A stretch of DNA of 64,000 nt from Neocallimastix sp. 'constans' (lineage: Eukaryota), in contig JBODTK010000115.1 in the NCBI GenBank assembly GCA_050613775.1, forward strand, positions 248,001 to 312,000, read 5' to 3'. Of this stretch, positions 1 to 12,789 are shown piece after piece (within the stretch, counting starts at the first letter, position 1; each line of letters starts with the position of its first letter). A program made the position numbers and the translations under genes. The notes beneath the pieces are model-generated. The model searched no databases. It saw only the letters and a list, made by a program, of their open reading frames with translations, and was not told where the DNA came from.

Positions 1-1114
1 ATACCTACCATAAAACGTTTCTCAAAAGATACAACTAACAATAAAGCATTTCAGGTATTTATCATTATTAAATAAAATTGATAATAATAATGATAATTTT
101 GCATTGCTTCTTATTTACCGATAAATATATATATATATTCATATACTATTAAAAGGGAAAATATTTTAAAAATAATAACTATGGAAATATTTCTGTATCA
201 AATAGAATAATTGAAGAAAGCTTATATTATCAAGGTCAAGATGTTTTAGAAGGCAACATTTTTCAACATTTTTCAATAAATAAAAATAAAAATAAAAAAC
301 AAGAATATATCATATTTCCTTCAGATGAATTATCAACAAATTTATGTAAATTTCTGTTGAATTATAACATATATATATATTTTTCTTCTTCTTTAAAACC
401 ATAATAGCAATTCATATATCTAAATAATTAATATATTATTATTTTTTATTTTATATATGTTTATAATATATTATTATTATTTATTTTATATATGTTTATA
501 ATAAATAATAATAATAAAAAAAATATTATTAAATAAAATAAATTAAAATTAAAATAAATTAAATTAAAAAAAAATAAAAATAAAAATAAAAATAGCTATT
601 ATACCAATTTCAGGAAAATATATAAATTTATTAAGAACTAAATTAAATTTACAAAATACTTCCACCGTTCCCTTTTCAAATACAATAAAACAAATTACAA
701 AACCTTTTGTAATAAACGATAATGAATTATTATTTTCAGTAAGACATTCATATGATGTTAGTTTTATAAAGTTAAATAAAATAAAATATGACGATAAATT
801 GAAAGAAAAAGTTAATGAAGATGAATATATAGAAGATGTATCTGATACAGAAGATGAAGAAGAAGAAGATAAAGATACTAGTAAAAAATGGAAAAAACAT
901 AAATTAAAACCTACATTTAAATATCAAAAGGTTAAAATTTTAAAAAATACTTGCTATAATCGTCATATATCGCAAAATTCTTATATATCTCATGAATATT
1001 TAATTTTAGATAATAATAATACTATAAAATTATATAATTTAGCAGCAAATAAGTAAGTAATTTGAAAATAAATGTAATATCTTAACAATAAATTTATATC
1101 AAATATATTATTAT

Positions 1115-1148
<34 letters not shown>

Positions 1149-1614
1149 CATTTTAAAACTAAATACATCATAATTAACTATTATTATTATTATTATTATT
1201 ATTGTGATTATTATTATAATTATTATTAAAAATTATTAATTGTTATTATAATTATTATTATATTTATGAATATTATTACTGCAATATATATATATTAAAC
1301 AATAATATAATAGATTACAAACTATCCGTTCAGCAAATAATAATCATTTCCATTTATTTAATCGTTGTGACTATCTAAATCATCCAAAACTTTTTTCATA
1401 TATTAATACAAAACATTTAAGTTTATTAGATATAAGAGTAAATGATTTCAAAATATTCTATTATGATTATAATTATTTTTATTTATAATTTAATAATAAT
1501 ATATCTTATTATATTTAATTTTTATCATTATTTAAATAAATAAGATCTATTAACTTATTATTATTATTATTATTATTATTAATACTTGAATGAATTCTAT
1601 ACATATTTTTTCTT

Positions 1615-1652
<38 letters not shown>

Positions 1653-2196
1653 TATATATATATGTTAAATACTTATATTTTAATTATAAAGGATAAAACA
1701 AAAATAAAAAATATTTATTCATTAGATGAAGAACAATTTACAGCATATTCACCACACCCAATATTATTAAATCAAATCTTTGCTTCAACTAAAAAACATT
1801 TAATGCTATTTGATATTCGATATTCTAATAAAGCATTGTTAAGATGGGATCATCATCAAGAATATTATTCTCCAACAGAAATTAGTATTATACCAGTCAG
1901 TCAAATTAATCATAATTTTTCATCAGGTGAATAAAAAAGAATTTTAATTATCGTAGCATAATAATTTTCATTAATTTTATTTTAATCACACTTTTTAATA
2001 TTTATGAATATATTACATGGACAAAAATAGTTTTTAATAAATAATTTTTAATTATTATTATTATATAATATAATATATATATTAACTTTTAATAAATTAT
2101 TTTATTATTATTAATAATATATTTATATATATTTATTTATTTTCTAAATAACTTAATATTAATATATATATATATTTTAAATTGTTTTTTTGTAAC

Positions 2197-2230
<34 letters not shown>

Positions 2231-5200
2231 TATCGTTATGACATGGAATAAATATAATTCAATTACGGCTTATTGCTATGATCCTATTAATATTAAACAG
2301 AAAAATGATGATATAACTATACTTCCTCCTTCACTGTCTAATGAAGGTGTTCATATAGATAGTTATTCCATTGATAATAAACCCTCTAAATATAGTGAAA
2401 TAGATAAGAATTCCTCCCTCTCCAGTTATTCTGACATATTTTATCCTCAAAATTCTTCATTACAAGGTATCGATTATTCTCTCTTTGATTTAGCAACTTC
2501 CAAAATGCAAATAGAATTAAATAATAAAGATGAAATAGGTATTAAAGTTTTTCAATATTCTGAATCTAAAGAAATTTATTACTCTGTCATTCGATTATCG
2601 GAATCTTTAAAAAAACAAAATCGTTCTCATGATGGTGATGGTGAGAGAAATACAAATCTATCAAATAAAATGAAAAAGAAAGAAGAGAAAGGAAAGACAA
2701 AGGATAAATCATTACTATCAAAAAATCTTAAAGAGTATAAAAAATTAAAGGAAAAATTAAGAAAAGATTTAGTGATCACCTTAGACCGATTAAACGTTAA
2801 AAAAAAAATTAAGGAAAAAGCCCTAAAAACATTTGATAATCTGAAAAAAATTCAGAATTTTGATATTAAACAGTTAAATCAAAAAAAATTAAAAAAATAT
2901 GGTAGATTTAGTGTGATAAAACCAAGAAGTGAGAAACTTGTGACTTCTAAATATAAAATAGTTAGTCGAACTCCGTATTGGAAATTCAAAATACCTAAAG
3001 GATTGAATATTTTTAAAGATTTTTATATAAAGGATTTTTCAAATATTTATCGCTATTTAGTTTATGAAGCTCGAATGCCACTTACCAGTGATACCATCCA
3101 TGGTCATATTCAGATGAATGGGAAAAAAATTATGAAATGTGTAGAGGACGCTACTGCCTTACTAGAATGTAATCAAAAAATTAAATCATTATATGAAATT
3201 CATAAAAGATTATCCGATATACCAGTAGAGTATAATGATCAAGGATTACCGCTTTTTTTACCTACTCATAATCTATCCATTGAAATGGATTGGACAGATT
3301 CCCAGTTTAGAGAATCCTTTTTAGCCTACATTAAAAAAATGTATTCCGAGGCTTCGATGACATCTAATCTACTTTATATATCCCCTAGACCAGAATCACT
3401 TGTGGATATGAGTAGTTTTTCTGGCATTTTTGAAAATCTAGATAAAATTCTTCCTTCGCCTCATGAAATAAAAGATCGTGAACTACTTTTGAATCATAAA
3501 AATTTTATGGCTCATACTTTAGTATTAGCAAAAGTAGCCTATGATTTATGGACCTCCTCTTATTTCTGTAATCTTCATTTCAAACCGAGTGCTAACAGTC
3601 AAAATAATCAAAATAAGGTTTATGAAGTCTATACCACTGATAAGAATTCTAAAAAAAGAAAATCCATACCTAATCAACATCAACAGGAAAATTTAAATGA
3701 TACTCATCCAACTAACGAAAACCAAAACCAAAATCAGGACCAAAATCAAGACCAAGACCAAAATCAAATTCAAAACGAAAACGAAAACGAAAACGAAGAC
3801 CAAAAGGAAGACCAAAACCAAAACCAAAACCAAAACGAAAACGAAAACCAAAATCAAAATCAAACTATTCCAATTGTAACCGATGATCATAATAACCATT
3901 ATACCCCTAGTCATAATAATAACAATAAAAAGAATGAAGCAACGAAGCTTACGAAATCTCTATGGTTAAAAAATAAAGTTGAAGGTTTTAAAAAATTAAA
4001 TCCAAGTTTTCAATCACTTTTCTTACCTATATATTCATTAGAAGAATTTGATTTTGAAAAACCTGGAGAAGAAGAAAATAATAATGAATTGGAAAAGGAG
4101 GACCTTTTATCCATTCATTCATCTAACCTAACGTATAATAATACTAGTACCAGTAATACTATTCCTAATAGTAATACTAATGATAATGAAGGTGATGATA
4201 ATGATATAGAAGAAATTCAAAATGATGATAGAAGTAATACCATAGATCATATGATTTCATTAACAAAATCAAAATTTATTTCAACCTCTCTCTCACCCTA
4301 TTTAGTTCCAGCGACAGGTTGTGCCACTCTACTTTATGATCATTGGAATAAATCTAATGATGAGGTAGAAGGAGAATATCAAAAGTTGCATTCACCTAAT
4401 GAGCAACACCAACACCCTCAATACCCTTCTTCTACCGCCCTAGAGAATTATTATCGTCAAAACCCGTTTGGAGAAGAGGAAGAGGAAGGAGAAGAATATT
4501 ATATTAGTGATAGTGGAGATGATGAAGAAATTAAATTTTATAAACATCCTTCCAATTGGAATTATTATACTAAATTAAAGAAAATGATACAAGAAGTAGA
4601 ATCAGAACCTACTGAACTATCAGAAGTAACTGAAGAAGTCACTGAAGAGAGAGAAGAGGAAGGAAAAACAGAAAGAGAAAAGGAAGGAGAAGAAGAAACC
4701 ATGATTATGGAAGATGTATTAAAACCAATGAATAGTAATAATAATAATAATAATCATAATAATAATCATATTTTATTTGATTCTCAAGATTATAGTTCAA
4801 AATATATTGAATCTCCGGGTAATTCAATTCGTTTATTTTCTTCACCTTCCTATGATCAATCATTTCAATTACCCTATCCTACACTATCTTCTACAAAAGC
4901 AACAAAAGGAGATGAAGGAGATGAGGCAAATGAAAGTTTTGATTCTTTAGATGATGAAATTAGTAATATTCATATAGAAGAGGTTATTAATAATATATTG
5001 AAATCACCTGAAAGAGAAAAAACAAAGAATAAAGAAAAAGAAAAGGAAAAGGAAAAAGAAAAAGAAAAAGAAAAAGAAAAAGAAAAAGAAAAAGAGAAGA
5101 AAAAGAAAAAAGAAAAAGAAAAAGAAAAAGAAAAGGAAAAGGAAATGAAAAAAGAGAAAGAAAAGGAAAAGGAAAAGGAAAAGGAAAAAGAGAAAATAAA

Positions 5201-6125
5201 AGAAAAAGAAAAAGAAAGAAGGAAGGAGAAAGAAAAGGAAAAGGAAATGGAAAAGGAAAAGGAAATGGAAAAGGAAAAGGAAATGGTAACAGAAAGGAAA
5301 GTAGAAAGAATAAAAAGCAAGAAACAAGAAAAAGAAAAAGAAAAAGAAATTTCTTCTCTTTCTTCTTTATCAGAATATAGTTCAAATGTACTTTCACTTT
5401 TTAATAGTCAAAGTCAAGATCAAAGTCAAGATCAAGAGGAAGATCAAGAGGAAGATCAAGAATCAGAACAAGAACAAGAACAAGAACAAGAACAAGATCA
5501 AGATCAAGATCAAGATCAAGATCAAGATCTAAATTATTCTTCATCTTTTCTCTCTTATAGTCCACCTGATATTTTAGAAAGAACTGTTTCTTTATTTGAT
5601 ACACCATCTCTATCAGAATCTCTATTCCAATCGGAATCGCAACCTCAATTTCAATACCAATTCCAATCACAACCACAACCACAATTACTATCACAATCAC
5701 TATCACAATCACGACCTCAATCACGACCTCAATCACAACCTCAATCAAAACCTCAATCACAATCACAATCTTTATCATTTCAACAACGAAGTTTCAAAAA
5801 AGAAATAATTAAGAATGATAGGATGAATCAAGTTTCCTTCTTTAGTCAACCCCTACCTTCTACTACTACAAGTACAGCTACGGCTACAGCTACGACTAGT
5901 AATACCGATGCTTCACATCCAAAGGATTTTAAAGTTGAACACCTTTTCCCAAATAGAATGATCTCATCCTCACAACCAACCCCAAGACTTTATGCCGGTA
6001 TGAAACGATCTCTAAAACAAACAACCCTTGCCTCTCAAATGACGAATAATGGTAAATTATTAACGATAAAAAGTGATATTCCTATCATTCAAAAAAAGAA
6101 GAAAAGAAGAAAGTATGGTTTCTAA
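1..6125 (+). CDS. Rrn6/TAF1C-like RNA polymerase I core factor subunit, 5'-truncated by the window edge; exons 1-54, 156-345, 596-1052, 1314-1437, 1692-1926, 2230-6125
   Basis: All five introns are GT..AG and splice phases keep one open frame (checked by hand). The motif LMLFDIRYSNKALLRWDH resembles the Rrn6/TAF1C beta-propeller segment (D-x-R...L-L/M-x-W-x-H). The basic C-terminus KKKKRRKYGF matches the K/R-rich ...GF tail I recall for this family. Family call is from motif memory, not a search. Confidence 0.7.
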
Positions 6126-7142
6126 AGAAAGAAAGAAAAAGAAAGAAAAAAAAAAAGTATATATTTTTTTTTTTTTTTTTATTTCTTTATTACTTTTTTT
6201 TATTATTTTAATTTATATATTAATATTTATAATAGACAAAAATAATTGGAAAAAAAAAAAAGGAAAAAAAAAATTTATTTTAATATTTATTTTAATATTT
6301 ATTTTATTTATTATTTTATTTAATTTTATTTTAATATTTATTTAATTTATTATTTTATTTTATATTATTTAATTTCATGATTCAAATTTAAAATCATTTA
6401 TCATTTATTTTCATTTTTTTTTTTTTTTTTTTCTAAATTCTTTTAGTATGTTTTTTTTATAATTAATTAGATGATATATTTTAGTTTATATTTTATTATT
6501 TTATTTTATAATTCTATAATATTATAATTATTATTATTATTTTTTTTTTTAAATATTTTATTATAATTATTATTCTTATACTTATTCTTATTATTATTAT
6601 ATATTTTTTTTATATACTTTTTTATAAAAATTTATATCAGTAAAATAAAAATAAAAATAAAAAAAAATACAATAAATAAATTAGAAATTATTAATATTAT
6701 TTATTCATTTATTCATTAGTTTTTTTTTTTTTTTATATATATATATTATTTAGTAATAAAAAAAATTAACATATAAAAAAAAAAAAAAAATAATCGGTGT
6801 ATACCCATTACTAAAAAAAAAAAAATTATAAATAAAATAAAAAAATATATATATATATGAATAAAAATAATCGTAAATAAAAATAATAGTAAATAAAAAA
6901 TATAAAAATATAAAAATATAAAAAAAAAAAAAAAATAAAAAGATAAATATTACTATATAATATTTCTTATACAATTTCTCTTATATAATTTTTTTTTTTT
7001 TTTTTTTTTTTTTTCTATTTTATTTTATTTATTATTATAGTTGTATTTATAGTTGTATTTGTATTGATATTGATATTTATATATATGTTTCTACATATAA
7101 ATTTATATATTAAAACTTGGTGTTATTACATAAATGATAGGG

Positions 7143-7180
<38 letters not shown>

Positions 7181-7210
7181 TGATCTAAAATAAAAATAAA
7201 AATAAATAGT

Positions 7211-7250
<40 letters not shown>

Positions 7251-7523
7251 TTATTATTTATTATTATTATTATTATTAGTAATTAATTAATTAATTAAAT
7301 TTACTATAGGAATTAGTTTTTTTTTTTTTTTTTTTTTTTATTAATGTGTATGTGTGTGTGTGTGTGTTCTTTTATTACTATTACCTATTACTATTACTAT
7401 CACTTATTATTACTTATTACTATTACTTATTATTACTTATTATTACTATTATTTATTATTACTTATTACTTATTATTTATTTAACTATTTATTCAATTAT
7501 ATAATTCTTTTTTTTTTTTTTTT

Positions 7524-9067
7524 TTAATCAATTTCAGATTCATGTTCAAGTTTTTTAATTAAACGAAGAACATGTTCATAGACAACAAAGTTTAAGGCAT
7601 GAACTGGGAATGCCCGTATTAAACAAGAAGAAATACCATGGTAAAAACCTCTAACACCACTAGTTTTATAGATTTGTTTTATACATTGTAATTGACTCTT
7701 ATAAATTTTATTCTTTGATTTAACATCAATTTGAAGTTTAGACTTCACTAAATCAATTGGGAATATACAAATCCATGAAGCAATACCAGCAAAACCACCA
7801 GCAAAGAAATGGGTAACATGAGTTGATTCTCTATCTCCTAAAGTTAATAATTTTTTCGTAATTTCGTAAGCACAGAAATATGAACCTGTACCAATTGCAT
7901 CTCTAAATCCTTGGAATAAAAATCCACGATAAAGACCACGTATACCATTGGCCTTAAAAATATTTATTCCTGTTTGTAAACTTGTTGTTGAATATTGTCC
8001 TTTAAAGGTAGAATTTGGTATATTATTTTTAACAACGGTTTTAGTAGTTTGATTAGCTACTGATTTTAGGGTTTGTTTTGTAGCCCCTTGTGCAGCTTTA
8101 TTAGCTGATTCTTTGGCAGCAGCTTTGGCAGCAGCTTTGGAGGCTGCTTTAGCTGCTTTAGCGGCCTTAGCGGCAGCTTGTTTTGCTTGTTCAGCATTAA
8201 TGGAAGCAGTAATAGAACTTTGTCGTACAAGAAGTTGCTCTATTTGTCTTTGCATTTTGATAAGTTCTAATGGACAACTAATAATTGCTGATACATAACC
8301 TGAAACAGCACCCGCTGCTGATGAGGAAACTGTAAGACCATATAATGACTTTGAATCATAGAAACGATCAATAAAATCTTTAGAGCGATTATAAATTGAA
8401 AAAGAGATAGATTTAACAATAGAAACAGTAACTAATGGTGGACAAACACCACGGAAAAAACCTCTTACACCTTCAGATCGATATGTTAATTTGATACAAT
8501 TTGTCATTTTACCATAATTATAAGTTTGCTATATTATATTAAAATATTAAATATATACATACACCATTATTATTTTATTTATAAATAATTACTATATACA
8601 TATTACTATGAACATATATAATTATTTCATTTATATTTAATAATTTTTATTTATTTACCATACGAGTTTTAATTGAATCAAACTTTTAATATTTATATTT
8701 AAAAATCAAAATAATTTTTTTTTTATTAATAAAAATTAATATATATATAAAAAAAATACGAAGATATAAAAAAAAAAAAAAAAAAAAAAAGATATATATA
8801 CAAATATATAAATATAGATATAACAATTATAATATATTATAAAAAATTAATATTTATTATTTATAATTCAATTTATAATAATAAGATCTTATATTTTAAA
8901 TAATAATATTATATTTATTTTTATGATATAATTTATTTGAAATTTACTGGGTATCCAACTAAGGTTCCCACCACGGATGCACTAGTTGCCGATATGGTCG
9001 TTCTATAGTTTACTATAACATTTTCCAAATGCTTCTTTACTCTTTTTTCATATGATTCTTTATCCAT
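7524..9067 (-). CDS. Mitochondrial carrier family (SLC25) protein, probably amino-acid/carnitine-carrier-like; exons 9067-8948, 8682-8659, 8528-7524; ~382 aa
   Basis: Three carrier signatures P-x-[DE]-x-x-[KR]: YP|FDSIKTRM|Q (reconstructed across two phase-0 GT-AG introns), CPLELIKMQRQ and FPIDLVKSKLQ, each followed by a G-x-RG-[FL]-[FY]-x-G motif. Confidence 0.92.
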
Positions 9068-9458
9068 TTTCTAATGAAATTTTAATAAATGTTATATATT
9101 TGATTTATTACATTAAAAAAATATTATTTGTTATTATTAATAATTATATTATTAATATTATCGTTGTTTCTAATAAGTAAAAAAAAATAATTATAAAACA
9201 AAATTCAACATTAATAATAAATAAATTTATAAAATTTATTTGAAATCCGACATTTCTATTGTTATAAATTCAAGATGATATATTTCAAATAAATAAATAG
9301 TATTTAAATATTTTTATCTTCTCTTTATGTTTTTTATATTTGTATCATCTTTTTTTTTTATTTTATATTAATATTTTTTCTTCTTTTCTTTTTTTCTTTT
9401 AAAATAAATGAAAAAATAAAGTTTACTAAAAAACAAAAAAAAAATATTTTATCATCTT

Positions 9459-9489
<31 letters not shown>

Positions 9490-10189
9490 GATATTTATTG
9501 TATTTGTCATTCCTTTTAGTAATCTATATTATATATTATATATTTAAAAGTTTTTATATTTTTGGGGTGATTTTATTTATATTTTTTTTATTACCTTTAA
9601 TAATAGTATATTGAAAGATATATTTAATTTAAATAATTTATATTAAAAAGGTTGTATAGTTAATAAATAAATAAATAATTAAATAGATTATTGAATTATT
9701 TTATTTTTTTTTTTAAATTTTTTTTTAAAAAAATTATAAAAAAAAAAAAAAATTAAAATTAATAAAAATTATTTCATTCTTTTAAATGAATTAATGGTAT
9801 ACACTTTATATTTAATTTATATTTGATTTTCAAAGAATCAAATAAAAAGATTAAGAAATTCAATATTTTTAAATTTCTTTCTCTCTCTCTTTTTTTTTTT
9901 TTTTTTATTATTATTATTATTATTTTATTTTAATTCTCTTTATTTATTTATTTTATTTTTTAAAAAAAATTATTTATATATATATATATTTTATTATATT
10001 CAATAAAATAATTTAACTACTTCAAAATATAAAAAAAAAAAAAAAAAAAAAAAATACAGCAATATATCTAAAAAGTGAAAATGACAATAAAAAAAAAATT
10101 TTTTTTTTTCATTTTAAAATAGTTTATTATAAATATTTTAATAATGAAATCATAAATATAATAGTATTAATAATAATGATTAAATTATT

Positions 10190-10277
10190 TATTTATTATT
10201 TATTTATTTATTTATTATTTATTCATTTATTTATTATTTATTTATTTATTATTCATTTATTTATTATTTATTTATTT

Positions 10278-10309
<32 letters not shown>

Positions 10310-10590
10310 TCATTTATTATTTATTATTTATTATTTATTATTTATTATTTATTATTTATTATTTATTATTTATTATTTATTATTTATTATTTATTATTTA
10401 TTATTTATTATTTATTATTTATTATTTATTATTTATTATTTATTATTTATTATTTATTATTTATTATTTATTATTTATTATTTATTATTTATTATTTATT
10501 ATTTATTATTTATTATTTATTATTTATTATTTATTATTTATTATTTATTATTTATTATTTATTATTTATTATTTATTATTTAATTATTTA
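10190..10590. repeat. Heptanucleotide microsatellite (TTATTTA)n
   Basis: Directly visible; produces the spurious (YYLLFII)n ORF. Confidence 0.9.
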
Positions 10591-11111
10591 ATTATTTATT
10601 TATTATTTTATTCATTGCTTAATTATTGACCAACAAAATTTTAATTATTAATTGATTTTAATATAAAAAATTTAAATGAAAATCAAAAAAAAATTTAAAA
10701 AATAGTATATTATATTGTTAATATATTATAAAATATATGGACATTATTACAATTTATAATATGATATATATAATAATTAAGTTTTATATATTAATATTTC
10801 ACATTATAATTAAATTTTTATATTAAATAAGATGTATTATACAAATCTCTTTTTTTTTTTTATTTCTATTCTTTATTAAAATATATAAGAATTGACTTTA
10901 CATATATATTGTGTATTTACTATATAACATATCCAATTATTAATAATATATTGTTATATATGTATAAATTAAATTTTTTTATTATGATTAAAAATCTTTT
11001 TAATTTAAAATTTTATCTTTTTTTATGTTATAAATTGAACTCTTTTATATCAAATCAAGATTATATATTATAATAAATATATAAATCTTACTTTATATTT
11101 TATATATACAT

Positions 11112-11280
11112 TAATAATAAATAATAAATAATAAATAATAAATAATAAATAATAAATAATAAATAATAAATAATTAATAAATAATAAATAATAAATAATA
11201 AATAATAAATAATAAATAATAAATAACAAATAATAAATAATAAATAACAAATATTAAATATTAAATATTAAATATTAAAA
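11112..11280. repeat. Heptanucleotide microsatellite (TAAATAA)n, inverse orientation of the 10190-10590 tract, grading into (ATATTAA)n
   Basis: Directly visible. Confidence 0.85.
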
Positions 11281-12706
11281 TTAATTATTAATTATATTAC
11301 ATAAAATATATATATAAAAAAAAAAAAGAAAAAAATAAGGTGATTTACTGGTATAAAAAAAAAGATTATTTTAAAACTTTTTATTAATTTAGATATTAAT
11401 TATATTCTTTAATTCTATGGAGATGAAAAGAAAAAGAAAAGGAGCAGAGAAAGATTATAAAAAGAAAAGAAATAATCACTTAAAAAATAAAGAAATTAAA
11501 TTATTAATAATTCATTATATAATTATTTATTATGAAATAAATAAAAATTAAAAAATCATTTAATAAGGAAAGCATATTTATTTATTTTATATTTTTAGTT
11601 TTTAAATATCATAGTATTAATGCGATTATCATAATTTGAAGGGAGGAATGAAAGTTATTATGAATTAGTATTATATAATTCTTTTAATTCTTTTCTTTTA
11701 AATTTAAAACTTTATCTGTGAATAGAATTATGTGATTTTCATTAAAATATGATAAATGTTAGATGGTCACGAAATAGATAAAAATTTTTTTTTTTTTTTT
11801 AATTTTCTTTGATCTTATTTTAATTGGTTTTAATTATAAAATAAAAGAAATTTTATATTTTTAAAAGTATATAAGAGATATGATAATAATAATTAAAAAT
11901 ATGCATCAATATTAAATAGATAACAAATATATTTTATAAAATACCATTATAAAAAATATTTAATTATATTAAATAATTAAAAAAAAATAAAAAAAATTTT
12001 AAAATAAAATGAAAATGAAAATAAATGAATATATTCGAAGATTTTTTATATATATGTAAATGAAATTTTATTATTATTATTATTATTTTATTTATTCAAT
12101 CAATTAATAATAATGATAAATAATGAATAATTAATAATAAATAATAAAATAGTAAAATATTAATAATCAATTAATTAATTAATTAATTATTAATTGTAAT
12201 GACAATGAAAAAATATATATATGCCTTTACATGTTTATGTATTTATACTTTTTATCTATTTATAAAAATTATTCATATTTTCAATATTTTCTTAGTAATT
12301 TATTATAAATATCATATATAATATAAAAATAATTTAATAAATAAAAATTACTTAAATTAAAAAATAAAACACAAATACATAAAAAAAAAAAAAGATGTAA
12401 AGATTAAATTATTTTTTTTTTTCTTCCTAAAACGACAATTGATACATTAATATTTTGGAGTTTCCTATAATTTTTATATTTCAATTCTTTTTTTAAGGTG
12501 TGAAATTATTTATTATAGTGATTAATTAATTCAGATTTTTATTTAATTAATAATCATTTGACTTTTTATTTTCCTAATTGATGTATAGAATTGATTATTT
12601 TTCTTTTTCTTTTAATAAATATAATAATATTTTAAAATTAACTTATTATATTAATATTTTTTTTTTATTTTTTCCATTATAATAATATATATTTATATAC
12701 ATTTAT

Positions 12707-12776
<70 letters not shown>

Positions 12777-12789
12777 TCCTTTTAAATTT

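Noticed and set aside
3693..5808. Antisense and alternative-frame ORFs over the Rrn6-like exon
   Set aside because: Shadows of low-complexity hexamer repeats within the real ORF.
6073..6974. Hydrophobic F/I/Y-rich ORFs
   Set aside because: Translations of poly-A/T intergenic DNA with no coding-like composition.
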